Positions 1 to 10,297 of a stretch of DNA of 64,000 nt are shown in pieces. A program made the position numbers and the translations under genes. The stretch is from Desulfomonilia bacterium. GTDB lineage: Bacteria; Desulfobacterota; Desulfomonilia; UBA1062. The first letter of the stretch is position 1. The number at the start of each line of letters is the position of its first letter. The notes under the pieces were generated by a model. The model ran no database searches and was not told the DNA's origin. It saw only the letters and a list, made by a program, of their open reading frames with translations. Location: positions 256,001 through 320,000 of the forward strand of contig JBEKDT010000002.1 in the NCBI GenBank assembly GCA_050014195.1. Reading direction: 5' to 3'.

Positions 1-322
1 CTTCGTTCAGAGGGGGGATGGGAACGCGGATGATCCTGCCGTCGTTGTTTGGTGTAAGGCCGAGTTCGGATTTTAGGATTGCCTTCTCGATGAGTGCCAG
101 TGCACCTTTATCCCAAGGCTGTATGGTTATAAGCCTCGCCTCCGGTACCGCCAGAGTTGCAAGCTGATTCATAGGCGTGGGTGTGCCGTAGTAATCCACC
201 ATGATGCCGTCCAGGATGCCGATGGATGCCCGGCCTGTTCGAACTTTCTGAAGAGATCCTTTCATGGAATCTATGGACTTGATCATGCCGTGCTTCATAT
301 CATTGAAGATCTCATCAACCAT
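1..322 (-). CDS. frr: Ribosome recycling factor (3' end runs off the window)
   Basis: Manual translation from ATG at 322: MVDEIFNDMKHGMIKSIDSMKGSLQKVRTGRASIGILDGIMVDYYGTPTPMNQLA...IQPWDK...GLTPNNDG; start overlaps the pyrH stop (TAATG). Confidence 0.97.
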   Translation of the reverse strand, partial: MVDEIFNDMKHGMIKSIDSMKGSLQKVRTGRASIGILDGIMVDYYGTPTPMNQLATLAVPEARLITIQPWDKGALALIEKAILKSELGLTPNNDGRIIRVPIPPLNE

Positions 323-1038
323 TAATTATCCCTCCTCGATCTGACGACTGATCCGATCTCCTCTCCTTCTAGGAGTCTTGCCAAGCTGTTCCGTTCGAAA
401 ATATTGATCACCCTCACCTCAAGGTTATGTTCACGGCACAACGATATGGCTGCCGCATCCATGACGCCGAGGTTCAAGGTGAGAACCGTATCAAAGTCCA
501 GCTCCGGGAAAAATAATGCATCCCCATGCCTCATAGGGTCTTTATCATAAATACCGTTTACTTTGGTAGCCTTGATAAGGACATCCGCCCTGATCTCCAA
601 GGCCCTCAGCGCCGCCGTGGTATCGGTAGTAAAGAAGGGACTGCCGGTTCCACCTGCAAAGACCACCACCCTTCCCTTTTCCAGATGGCGGATTGCACGC
701 TCGCTTGTTATGGGCTCGGCCGTGGATGCAATGGGTATGGCGCTCATGACCCTGCACTCGACCCCCTGGCTGACAAGTGCACCTTTAAATGCCAGGGCGT
801 TGATCACGGTAGCCAGCATGCCCATATAGTCCGCGCTGACCCTGTCGACCATGGATGCAGCGCTTATACCCCTGAAGATGTTGCCGCCTCCGATCACAAG
901 GCCCACCTGGACCCCGGAATCGTGGGCGGCCTTAATCGGGGCGACGAAGCTCGTTAACGTTGCTTCGTCAATACCGAAACCCTTGCCGCCTGCGAGGGCC
1001 TCTCCGCTCACCTTGAGGAGTATGCGTCTATAATGCAA
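322..1038 (-). CDS. pyrH: UMP kinase
   Basis: RILLKVSGEAL, GGGNIFRG, DYMGMLAT, PFFTTDT motifs; likely TTG start at 1038 after a GAGGA SD (ORF track extends to 1062). Confidence 0.97.
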   Translation of the reverse strand: MHYRRILLKVSGEALAGGKGFGIDEATLTSFVAPIKAAHDSGVQVGLVIGGGNIFRGISAASMVDRVSADYMGMLATVINALAFKGALVSQGVECRVMSAIPIASTAEPITSERAIRHLEKGRVVVFAGGTGSPFFTTDTTAALRALEIRADVLIKATKVNGIYDKDPMRHGDALFFPELDFDTVLTLNLGVMDAAAISLCREHNLEVRVINIFERNSLARLLEGEEIGSVVRSRRDN

Positions 1039-1048
1039 GGGAATCCTC

Positions 1049-1648
1049 TTAGATCTCTTCACCCACCTGATACCGGACGAACCTTCTGACGAGGCACTTC
1101 TCGCCGGTCTTGGCCATCAGCTCTTCCAAGAGCTGCTTGATGGTCTTGTCCTGGTCCTTCACAAAGGGCTGGTCCATGAGGCAGCGCTCGGAATAAAACT
1201 TGGTGAGCTTCCCCTCAACGATCTTTTCGATCACCTTCTCGGGCTTACCCGTCTTCAGTGCCTGCTCCTTGAGAATTTCCTTTTCCTTATCCAGCACGTT
1301 TTGAGGCACCTCGTCCCTGGTGACCCAATCAGGACTTGCGGCAGCGACCTGCATGGAAACGTCTTTGACGAAGTTGTTGAAGTCATCCGACTTCGCCACA
1401 AAGTCACTCTCGCAGTTCACCTCTACAAGCACGCCGATCTTGCCGCCCATATGGATGTAGGCGGTTACCGTACCCTGGCTGGCCTGCCTTCCGGAGCGCT
1501 TGTTTGCTACGTCGATGCCTTTCTTCCTGAGAATTTCCACTGCCTTTTCGAATTCCCCGTTCGTCTCTTCAAGGGCCTTCTTGCAGTCCATCATGCCGAC
1601 GCCGGTCTTGTCTCTGAGTTTTTTAACAACTTCCGATGTTATCTGCAC
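1049..1648 (-). CDS. tsf: Elongation factor Ts (short form)
   Basis: VKKLRDKTGVGMMDCKKAL and EVNCESDFVA motifs; GTG start at 1648 after GGAGG. Confidence 0.97.
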   Translation of the reverse strand: MQITSEVVKKLRDKTGVGMMDCKKALEETNGEFEKAVEILRKKGIDVANKRSGRQASQGTVTAYIHMGGKIGVLVEVNCESDFVAKSDDFNNFVKDVSMQVAAASPDWVTRDEVPQNVLDKEKEILKEQALKTGKPEKVIEKIVEGKLTKFYSERCLMDQPFVKDQDKTIKQLLEELMAKTGEKCLVRRFVRYQVGEEI

Positions 1649-1671
1649 TGTATATACCTCCAAGCGCGTTG

Positions 1672-2562
1672 CTATGCGATTTCTTCCCCGTCGGTATCAT
1701 CCCCTGCGGTTGCAGCCGCTGCAGCACCTTTGCCCTTGGCCGGTTTGCTGTCCTTAACGATGATCTCGATTTCTCCCTCAAGCCCCTTGCCCATGGTCTC
1801 GGAAGTCGCAGCCTTCTGTTTGGCCTGGGCCTTCTCCTCGGTCGTCTCTTCCTTTACCTCGGCGGCCAGTTTTGCCTGCCAGAGCTGCATACCCTGGTCC
1901 ACCGCATCCGCTACCTTTGAGGTGAACAGCCTGATGGCCCGGATGGCGTCATCATTACCGGGAATGACATAATCGATTAATGTGGGGTCGCAGTTGGTAT
2001 CTACGATGGCGACAATGGGTATCTTGAGTTTCTTTGCCTCCCGAACCGCGATATATTCGCGGGAGGGGTCTACGATGTAGAGGACATTGGGAAGACCGCC
2101 CAGGTCCTTGATCCCGTGAAGAGAGCGCTCAAGCTTCATCTTATGGCGCTTCATGCTGATCTGTTCCTTCTTGGGATAGTTCTCAATGGAACTATTGTCG
2201 ATGATGGACTCAAGCCACTTAAGCTTATCCACGCTCTTACGGATGGTGGAAAAGTTCGTGAGCGTGCCGCCGAGCCAGCGGTAGTTCACATAGAAGGCCC
2301 CTACCCTTTGTGCCTCTTCTTCTATGGCATCCTGGGCCTGTTTCTTGGTACCTACAAACAGGATCTTTCCGCCGTTTGCGGTTGTTTCACGAATGACATC
2401 ACATGCCTTTTCAAAGAGCTTCTCGGTCTTTTGAAGATCGATGATATGGATGCCGTTCCGGGAACCGAAAATGTAGGGTTTCATCTTGGGATTCCACCTC
2501 GGTGTCTGGTGGCCGAAATGGACCCCGGCCTCGAGCAGCTGCTTCATGGTGACGACTGACAT
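1672..2562 (-). CDS. rpsB: 30S ribosomal protein S2
   Basis: [41 protein letters not shown]. Confidence 0.99.
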   Translation of the reverse strand: MSVVTMKQLLEAGVHFGHQTPRWNPKMKPYIFGSRNGIHIIDLQKTEKLFEKACDVIRETTANGGKILFVGTKKQAQDAIEEEAQRVGAFYVNYRWLGGTLTNFSTIRKSVDKLKWLESIIDNSSIENYPKKEQISMKRHKMKLERSLHGIKDLGGLPNVLYIVDPSREYIAVREAKKLKIPIVAIVDTNCDPTLIDYVIPGNDDAIRAIRLFTSKVADAVDQGMQLWQAKLAAEVKEETTEEKAQAKQKAATSETMGKGLEGEIEIIVKDSKPAKGKGAAAAATAGDDTDGEEIA

Positions 2563-2657
2563 CTACTACCTCCTTGGTTTTTCCTCCGTCCTGCAAGGCC
2601 GATCCTTGATTTCCAAGGACACCTTAGACCCCGACGTACTACCGGACGTGTGTGCTG
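2563..2657 (-). promoter_or_regulatory. rpsB 5' leader (S2 autoregulatory, t44-like RNA)
   Basis: Minus strand reads CACACACGTCC...CGGGGT...GGACGGAGGAAAAACC, matching the characteristic elements of the rpsB leader; CGTCC/GGACG can pair. Confidence 0.7.
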
Positions 2658-2720
2658 GTTGAGCCCTTTACCATACAAGACTGCACGCTTTCAAGGTTTT
2701 TATGCTTGAATCTTGAAGTC

Positions 2721-3275
2721 TTATTTAAAAAGGGGTGAAAGCTGTTTAAAAATATCCGTTCCTGCCTTCTCGATGAGCATGAATGCAATGGTCTCGGCAG
2801 GGTATATGAGCACATTGAGACGCGCCAGTGCATCGAGCGAGGTCACCCTGTCAAGCGCCCTCCTGGAGCAGACCGCATCGGCCGCAATGACCACGTTGTA
2901 CCCGTCGGCCAAGAGGTCAATGGCGGTCTGCATAACGCATACATGCGTCTCAATGCCGCTGATGATGGCCGTCTTTCTCCCTGTCGACTTAACGGCCTTC
3001 TTGATGTTCTCATTCCGGTAACAGCTGAAAAAGAGTTTTTCATACCGCGGTATACCCTCAAGGTGCCCTGACACTTCAGCAATGGTCGGGCCGAGCCCCT
3101 TGGGGTATTGCTCGGAAACAATGACAGGGATCTTGCAGGCCTTTGCGGTTTCTATGAGTATGATGCCGTTCTTCACATAGGTATCTTTGAATTGCTCTTC
3201 CATGGCTGCATGGAGCCTTTCCTGAATGTCCACGACTATCAGCAGGCAGTCATCACGTTTGAGAAATGCACTCAT
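2721..3275 (-). CDS. Isochorismatase-family hydrolase
   Basis: VVDIQERL, SEQYPKGLGPT, K..FSC, GIETHVCVMQT. Confidence 0.92.
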   Translation of the reverse strand: MSAFLKRDDCLLIVVDIQERLHAAMEEQFKDTYVKNGIILIETAKACKIPVIVSEQYPKGLGPTIAEVSGHLEGIPRYEKLFFSCYRNENIKKAVKSTGRKTAIISGIETHVCVMQTAIDLLADGYNVVIAADAVCSRRALDRVTSLDALARLNVLIYPAETIAFMLIEKAGTDIFKQLSPLFK

Positions 3276-3285
3276 ATTTTGCCTT

Positions 3286-3963
3286 TCATGTGAAAATGAG
3301 CGGATATGCGGCCGCATACACCAGAGCCGGGATCAAATTCCCTACCCGGATAGTGGTGAGCCCCAGCAGGTTGATGCCGATGCCCAGGATGATCATCCCG
3401 CCGGTAGCCGTGATAGAGCTAAGTACAGCCGGTTCCTGGAGAAAGGCGATATGTGCTGCCAGCAGCGTTAAAGAGCCCTGGATCACAAGCACGCTTATTG
3501 CGGAGAAGGCAACACCGATACCCAAGGTTGATGCAAGTGCGATGGATGACACCCCGTCGAGCATGGATTTCAACAGCAGCGTGTCCGGGTTGTGCGCGGT
3601 TCCGTCCTGGATACACCCGATGATGACCATTGCACCGGTGACAAACAACAACGTTGCACTCATGAACCCCTGTACAAACGTAGCGGATGATGAATTGAAC
3701 CGTACCTTGAGATATTCTCCTATACGTTCGACACCCCTCTCGATCCTCATGATTTCCCCTGTAACGGCACCAAGCAGTATGCAGGCAACGGAAGGTATGA
3801 GGCCCTTAGCCGAAAGCGCCATGTTGAGACCGATGACGACAACCGCAAGCCCGAGGGCCTTCATAAGGGTTGCCTTAAGGTCCAGGCTTATACGCTTTCC
3901 GGCAAGAATCCCCACCAGGGAGCCTGCCAGCACGGCTGAGGTATTTGCAATGGTTCCAATCAT
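3286..3963 (-). CDS. DUF554 membrane protein
   Basis: MIGTIAN start, GF..ATLLF..GAM.IIG, LLKSMLDG, GIGVAFSA. Confidence 0.9.
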   Translation of the reverse strand: MIGTIANTSAVLAGSLVGILAGKRISLDLKATLMKALGLAVVVIGLNMALSAKGLIPSVACILLGAVTGEIMRIERGVERIGEYLKVRFNSSSATFVQGFMSATLLFVTGAMVIIGCIQDGTAHNPDTLLLKSMLDGVSSIALASTLGIGVAFSAISVLVIQGSLTLLAAHIAFLQEPAVLSSITATGGMIILGIGINLLGLTTIRVGNLIPALVYAAAYPLIFT

Positions 3964-4176
3964 GAAATAAACCTTTTCGGTTTTCGTCCTTAAGGGTTCG
4001 ATCAAGGGATTTCACTACCGGATGGGAAAGTCATTGGTCAATGATAAAAATATTGAGGATCGAGTACTGTTACTCATGGGGTTTCAGGGTATTCTTTAAA
4101 AAAATGATAATGTTTTTCGGCAAATGTGTCGAATATTTAGTTGATAAACGAATCAGGCCGGAGGAAACAATAAAAG

Positions 4177-5313
4177 ATGCTGCATATCATTCCTCATGAA
4201 GACCCGAGCCAGGCCCTGAGGATCAAGCGATTCCTCATGGCCTTTGGTTCGTACTTCATGTGGATGCTACTTGTGTTGTATTGCTACATGCAGGGCCTCT
4301 TCGGGATGACTCTGCCCCAGACACTGCTTATCTGCGGCATGGTCAGTGCGATGAACATCATCATCTTCTTTATCATTCGCACCGGCCTGAACAAACATTT
4401 CAAGGACCCGAGCCTTACCGAGACTCAGATGGTTCTTGCAACAGTCTGGGTTATGATCATAACCTATCACCTGGCCCAGGGCCGGGGTATCATGCTGCTG
4501 CTCTACATGGTGGTATTCATCTTCGGCATCTTCAGGCTGAACCTGCGTCAGTTCTGCTCACTCTCCGTATTCGCAGTACTGGGCTATGGCTTTGTAATCG
4601 CTCTTTTACGCGTGAATCATCCTGAGAGTATCAACATCAAGGTGGAGCTTCTCTACATGGTGACATTGGGTGCCGTCCTCTTATGGCTCTCATTCATGGG
4701 GAGCTACATCAGCATATTAAGGAAAAAGCTGAGCGTAACCAACAGCGAGCTCAGCGACGCCATGAAACTGATCAAACAGCAGGCCATCCACGATGACCTC
4801 ACCGGTGTGTATAACAGGGGCTACCTCTTCCAGATCCTGCTCCGTGAGAAGTCACTTGCAGACCGGGGAGAATGCCCGTTCTCCGTGTGCATATTCGACC
4901 TTGATGATTTCAAGAAGGTCAATGACACCTACGGCCACTTATGCGGTGATACGGTCTTAAAGACACTGACTGGGCGTACCAAGGAGAACATCCGCCAGCA
5001 GGACTATATTGCCCGCTATGGCGGGGAGGAGTTCGTGCTTGTCCTCGCCTACTCCGACCTCGGAGATGCAGTCAAATGCGCAGAGAGGATCCGGAAGATG
5101 ATCTCCGAGATATCCTTCCCCGGCCTGCCCGAGGATTTCCGGGTCACCATCTCCATGGGCCTTACACGCTACCAACCTTGTGAGACCATCGATGCCCTGT
5201 TGGTCAGGGCCGATGATGCACTCTACCGGGCCAAGGGATCAGGCAAGAACACCATCATATGCGACCCGCCGGTTTATCTCAATATAACCGACCATCGATA
5301 TTCGGCTGCTTAA
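4177..5313 (+). CDS. Membrane-bound diguanylate cyclase
   Basis: About 6 TM segments, then DDLTGVYNR, DLDDFKKVNDTYGH, RYGGEEF; RQQD I-site. Confidence 0.95.
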   Translation: MLHIIPHEDPSQALRIKRFLMAFGSYFMWMLLVLYCYMQGLFGMTLPQTLLICGMVSAMNIIIFFIIRTGLNKHFKDPSLTETQMVLATVWVMIITYHLAQGRGIMLLLYMVVFIFGIFRLNLRQFCSLSVFAVLGYGFVIALLRVNHPESINIKVELLYMVTLGAVLLWLSFMGSYISILRKKLSVTNSELSDAMKLIKQQAIHDDLTGVYNRGYLFQILLREKSLADRGECPFSVCIFDLDDFKKVNDTYGHLCGDTVLKTLTGRTKENIRQQDYIARYGGEEFVLVLAYSDLGDAVKCAERIRKMISEISFPGLPEDFRVTISMGLTRYQPCETIDALLVRADDALYRAKGSGKNTIICDPPVYLNITDHRYSAA

Positions 5314-5387
5314 AAAATCGTTCTTCTCTGTGAAGCATACTTTTATAGTTTGCATCCTTTTCACAGCCCATTGTTCTCACCACTTTA

Positions 5388-5507
5388 GGACACGAAGAGC
5401 ACGAAGATGATCTAAAAAATGCAAACAAACACGCTTAGACCCTTTGAACTGGTCCGCAATTTCTATAAAATCCTTTTTTTTCGTGTCCTTCGTGCTCTTC
5501 GTGGTGA
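5388..5507. repeat. REP-like inverted repeat between convergent genes
   Basis: CACGAAGAGCACGAAG (5391-5406) / CTTCGTGCTCTTCGTG (5488-5503) is a perfect 16-bp IR; partial copy TTCGTGTCCTTCGTGGT near 9908. Confidence 0.75.
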
Positions 5508-5642
5508 AGTACTCTTCTGTCTGCTAGAGCCTATGCTCCATTTTGGTTGCGGCTATGCTTCACTAAGTCCTTCGTTGTGATATATCCCTTTTGTGTGCTC
5601 TTCAATGATCTGAGGATGTTTTACTGTGATGAGCCTAAAAGA

Positions 5643-6320
5643 TTAACTGCGAAGATATCCGAGCAGGTCCCTTGGATCATCCAGGAGAACCCTTGCACCG
5701 TGATTCATGAGCCGCTGCCTGTCCTGGTAACCCCATAAGGCGCCGAATGGCGCCATGCCGGCCCGGCCGGCGGTATCCATATCAATAGCGCTGTCACCCA
5801 CGAAGATGCAGTGTATCGGGTCCACTCCCATACGCTCGGCACACAGATAAGCACCCGCGGGATCAGGCTTTCTCGGGACAGATGGTACAAGACCCCTTAC
5901 TTCGATAAATCTCCAGTTCGGAAGCAGAGACCTTGCCATTGTCTTGGTAAAGTCATCGAGTTTATTTGAGAGGATCGAGAGCCTGATGCCCATTTCCATA
6001 AGCCCGTCAAGCAGCTCCGGGATGCCGGGAAAAGGCCTGGACTTGACGGACCACCGGGCGCCGTATTCATCCCTCATGGCCTTCACACTCGCAGCAATTG
6101 TCTCAACGGTCCTATGTTCCTCCGGCAGGGCCCTCATGGCCAGGACCTCGATCCCGTCGCCGACAAGATCACGATACTGCTCTACCGGAAGGAGGGAAAA
6201 CCCGAGGCCTTCAAGGGCCGCATTCATGGAGTCGGCAATATCCTCGATGGTATCGAGCAATGTACCGTCCATGTCAAAGATCACGGCCTGATATGTGTTA
6301 TTTTTCATAATGTCTGGCAT
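5643..6320 (-). CDS. HAD-family hydrolase (phosphoglycolate phosphatase-like)
   Basis: FDMDGTLLD, LSNK, KPDP, FVGDSAID. Confidence 0.92.
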   Translation of the reverse strand: MPDIMKNNTYQAVIFDMDGTLLDTIEDIADSMNAALEGLGFSLLPVEQYRDLVGDGIEVLAMRALPEEHRTVETIAASVKAMRDEYGARWSVKSRPFPGIPELLDGLMEMGIRLSILSNKLDDFTKTMARSLLPNWRFIEVRGLVPSVPRKPDPAGAYLCAERMGVDPIHCIFVGDSAIDMDTAGRAGMAPFGALWGYQDRQRLMNHGARVLLDDPRDLLGYLRS

Positions 6321-6573
6321 ACTTAATTAATGAAAGGTGTAGAGTGCAATAATAGTCAATCAAGATCCTGCTGTAAAGACCAGGAAGTAGATCCAGGACG
6401 AATATGGGACTTCTATCCATTTTCCTTATAAGGTTACGTGCAATCTGTGGGGATACCCCCGGACATTTTAGTTTTTATTGTATTCGTCACTCCACCTGGT
6501 TCATCGAGAAGTAAAGATTATGTTTTAGAAATATTCAATTTGGCCAAAGCGTTACTCATGGCACGTGATCTTA

Positions 6574-6671
6574 AGTCAACGCTACTCATCAGCGGCCGCC
6601 AGTGCCAGACAAGCTTTTAACTTTGTATGGATGCACGGTCCTGGCGGTCCGCGTGGAACCGATGGTTAGGC
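6574..6671 (+). other. attC-like integron recombination site (solitary)
   Basis: AGTCAAC (R'') ... GTTAGGC (R'); inner stem GCGGCCGCCAG (6592-6602) / CTGGCGG-T-CCGC (6641-6652) with a single extrahelical base; 98 bp. Confidence 0.65.
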
Positions 6672-6705
6672 GCTTTTAGAAAATAAATCTGTTCCTTTTC
6701 AATGC

Positions 6706-9552
6706 TTAATCCTCAATTCCAATGAGCTTTCCAAACCGCTTAAAAGTGAGTTGTGAGGCCGGGACAATAAACTTGGCTAACGTTGCTTCCTTTTGCTCCC
6801 ATGCCGAAATGATACCTGCATGTATTTTTTTTAATGCAGTTCTAAGATCACCGTTCGAGGCTCCTACAGCTTTGGTTTTTGCTTTATAAAGACCCAATAA
6901 TCGCCTATCCATTTCATTCAATAATGGAAATGTAAGGCCTATCTGAATGGCAGCTTGACATGCTTGAATGAAAATAGGGTTGTTATAAGATTCAGAAAGC
7001 TTAAAGAAGTTTGTTGCCAAGCCAGTTAGGCACATAGCAGCAGTCTTATTTTCAATTGACTTCAATTCTACATTATCAGATAGGGCCACACCGCGAAGCC
7101 AACAAGCTAAGGCATTATTATCACTAACACCTTCAGCAACACCCCATTCAAAAAAGAAGCTTCTCACAGGGCCAACTACGCCATGATCTAAATCTCTGAA
7201 TACTCTAATACTTAACTCAGGATGACCAGCCTCACGCAAAAGTCTCGAAAGATGCACTATTAGACGAGAATCGGTGGGGTCAATTTTAATCAACGCTTGA
7301 TCAAGTCGAATTGCGAGGGCTGTATTGCCCTGCTTCAGAAAATGATCTGACAAAAACTTCCATTTCACAAAGTATGGAAGAAAGAGACCTCTGCAATAAA
7401 ATCGATAGGCTGCTTCAGCAAGTTCAATAAAGATTTCATCAAAATCAACATGAAAAGTTTCAGAAAGTATCTCCACTGCAGTTTCAGCTATTGCTCGATG
7501 ACGAGTATAAATGCGATCTCCGCCAGTTGACGCGGCTGCTTCGTCCCCAAGCGGGCCAGTAATTTTCTTTTTGACATCGCTCATTTTGCAGGTTAATAAC
7601 TCTGCCAAAATTTCTTTTGTTAGAATAAAAAGTTGCTCTGAATGCATGGCAGCAATATAGGCAAAGGCATCCATAAGGGTCTCATTTTTTACATACCTTT
7701 CCTTGAGGCGTAATAAAAGGGCTTTTACATGTGATTTTAGTTCACTCCCCATGCGAACCCGCAACATAGCACCCAAAAATGCACCCTCATCATGATATTT
7801 CTCTTCCTCAGACTTTGATGCATAATATAGTCGAGTAACTGCCTCCTTTAAATCTAAACCGCTCAGGTTTCCTAACCCGTTGCTGCCGAACTGTGCCCAT
7901 CCCTTAATTATCAGTTCTGCATCCTCCAGTGTAATGCCTCTTAATCTTTTTTCAACATATATAACATGCTCTTTCCATTGCCATTCATTCGCTTCAGCGG
8001 CGAGCCAGTCAGAATCTCTACAACATAATATGAACTGAATATCTCTGCGACCAGCTCTACGGAAGGATTTTGCGGTTTCAAAAATGTATTTGGCTATCAA
8101 ATCAGCATCATCCGAAGCTATTAGCCATGTATCTTTATCACTTGAAAGTTGATTAAGAAACCTGTTAGGCCATAAAATGTCACGAGATGGGTTTGAGAGC
8201 CACAGTATTTTCCAGCCAGAACCAGAACCTGCCAAATCAGAAATGGCTTGCAGCAATACTGTGGATTTACCTTCGCCTCCTGCACCCAATATTAATGTGA
8301 CACGTAATTCACCCCTTTTGCGAGCATCATTCAGTTCTGTTTTAAGATCATGAACGATCTTTCGACGTGGGATTTTAGGTGAGAGCGCTTCTCTCCACGA
8401 GGGAATCCGGCCATCAAAAAAGCTCAAAATAGCGTTATCTTCTAAATCGCTGTGCTTTCCGTCTAAAAAAGAGTTGTCGATAAGGAACCACCCTTGGGGT
8501 AAAATTGATACATCCTCTTCCAATGACGTTTTCTTGGGCTTGGCTGTACTCTTATGCGGAACATCTTTTAATGGTAGCACCCAATAATCAGTACCGGGGG
8601 TTCTATATTCGGCTGGATAAGCTAGACCGTCCAGAGCCCATTCCTGATATTCCTTTGACCATTGGAGTGGGTGGACTTTGACATCCCCACTTTCCAGATT
8701 CAGTTGACACCAAAGTAAGCGATTTATCCATTTTTCATTTTCGCGCGCTTGAAATGTAGCGCCTGATTGAATAGTCAAGAATTTGCGGCCTGCACCAAAT
8801 TCTTGATTTCCACTGTTCTTATGAAGATGCCCTTGTATATATATAACATCTTGTTTTCCAAAAATAGAGCGAATGGGCGTTACGTCCTCATCATACCAAT
8901 CTAATGGATGATGACCCAAAACAATTTTAAAATTACAGCTCCCAAGTTTCTTTAGACCCGTTTCAATTAATGCTTTGCCGGGTGTTAGATTATGCCTATC
9001 ATTGTCACCTTCTGACAACCAAGCGGTGTTTATTCCCAAAATTCCAATTTTATAATTGTCTATTTCATGAATGTGATTAAAAAAACCTTCCGTAGATAAG
9101 AGCCAATCAGAGCCTATAGTAAACCATGTATGCATATCTGCGTGAGCATAGCTTTCAAATCTTGGGAACAAGACTTTCCTTTCATGCACCCCTTTCTCGT
9201 TAGGATCGAAAAACTCAGGGATTTCATTTGCGACACCATATCTTTTAGTTGCTCTCGCTTCGTCGCGATCCACATCATGATTCCCCGGAACCATAAATAT
9301 CTTTGTGGAGTCGCCTAAAAGGTCATAGAGGGGAAAGACTAAGCTGTTGCAAAATAATTCGTATTCATTTTTTTTACCTTTATTAGCAATGTCACCGGTG
9401 AAGAAAATCATATCAGGCTTCTGGCCTGACCTTATTTTGCTCTCAATATGTTCAATAATTGATTCAAAAAGCTGTATTTGGCCATATTGATCCTTGCCCG
9501 TATGAAAGTCAGATAGATGAAGCCATTGAAGACTTTTATTTGACATAACCAC
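6706..9552 (-). CDS. Calcineurin-like metallophosphoesterase fused to a P-loop (STAND-like) NTPase and helical C-terminus; putative defence protein
   Basis: HLSDFH, TGDIA, PGNHD, HHP, GHLH phosphoesterase motifs; Walker A GAGGEGKST; Walker B LIASDD; visibly AT-richer than the core genes. Confidence 0.8.
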   Translation of the reverse strand: MVMSNKSLQWLHLSDFHTGKDQYGQIQLFESIIEHIESKIRSGQKPDMIFFTGDIANKGKKNEYELFCNSLVFPLYDLLGDSTKIFMVPGNHDVDRDEARATKRYGVANEIPEFFDPNEKGVHERKVLFPRFESYAHADMHTWFTIGSDWLLSTEGFFNHIHEIDNYKIGILGINTAWLSEGDNDRHNLTPGKALIETGLKKLGSCNFKIVLGHHPLDWYDEDVTPIRSIFGKQDVIYIQGHLHKNSGNQEFGAGRKFLTIQSGATFQARENEKWINRLLWCQLNLESGDVKVHPLQWSKEYQEWALDGLAYPAEYRTPGTDYWVLPLKDVPHKSTAKPKKTSLEEDVSILPQGWFLIDNSFLDGKHSDLEDNAILSFFDGRIPSWREALSPKIPRRKIVHDLKTELNDARKRGELRVTLILGAGGEGKSTVLLQAISDLAGSGSGWKILWLSNPSRDILWPNRFLNQLSSDKDTWLIASDDADLIAKYIFETAKSFRRAGRRDIQFILCCRDSDWLAAEANEWQWKEHVIYVEKRLRGITLEDAELIIKGWAQFGSNGLGNLSGLDLKEAVTRLYYASKSEEEKYHDEGAFLGAMLRVRMGSELKSHVKALLLRLKERYVKNETLMDAFAYIAAMHSEQLFILTKEILAELLTCKMSDVKKKITGPLGDEAAASTGGDRIYTRHRAIAETAVEILSETFHVDFDEIFIELAEAAYRFYCRGLFLPYFVKWKFLSDHFLKQGNTALAIRLDQALIKIDPTDSRLIVHLSRLLREAGHPELSIRVFRDLDHGVVGPVRSFFFEWGVAEGVSDNNALACWLRGVALSDNVELKSIENKTAAMCLTGLATNFFKLSESYNNPIFIQACQAAIQIGLTFPLLNEMDRRLLGLYKAKTKAVGASNGDLRTALKKIHAGIISAWEQKEATLAKFIVPASQLTFKRFGKLIGIED

Positions 9553-10109
9553 CTCGTTGCTTCTTATTCTTTAATCTATTGCGTCTATCCGTTTATATTC
9601 AGACAACTGTTCATTATCAGACAGATTTGCTTTGCCCATAATATACTGGAAACATTTACAGACAAATTTGCCTTGACCTGTTATCACCTTTAATAACCAT
9701 CCTCATGAAGGATTATCTCATTATGTCAACAATTCAAAAAGAAGAAGCTAAGTTCCAAACTCCGAATACTCATTGTAAGGTGAAAAGTGATGTCGTGGTG
9801 TATGTTTATAAGAATACTATCATGCAATATATAAATTATATCATGAATGGATCGTTAAATCTATAGGTGTTAGAATAGGCCTTAGGCTTGGAGTTCCGAT
9901 AATCTCTTTCGTGTCCTTCGTGGTAGAAACAATAAAAAGCATGTTTCAAAAAGAAGAACCTGAATTACTTGTTAAGTATGAATTATATATAATGCTGTCC
10001 ATGACCAGCTATTTCTTGATGTAGAATCAAAGGTTGATAATTACCTAAGTTAAATAATATATCATAAATTATAAGCTTTATATCAATTCCATATCAGATT
10101 GAATATAAG

Positions 10110-10168
10110 TGCGATTTCTTCTCGGTTCTGAAGTGTCTGAAAACCGAAGATCTTGAGTTGAAACATAC
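10110..10168 (+). repeat. 59-bp direct repeat, copy 1
   Basis: 49/59 identical to 10983-11041; last 30 bp (GAAAACCGAAGATCTTGAGTTGAAACATAC) identical. Confidence 0.9.
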
Positions 10169-10297
10169 GAAGCCTATCAATTCATACCAAAGGTCAGCTC
10201 AAAGTAGATCATCTCAGGTCAATATGATATTAATATCTTAGTGTCATGATATTTCATCTGTGAACCCCACCAAGACACCATAAAAGGGGGAAAGGCT

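Noticed and set aside
6361-6420. Weak similarity to 10185-10240 (AAGTAGATC...CAGG...AATATG)
   Set aside because: Too short and gapped to distinguish from chance by eye
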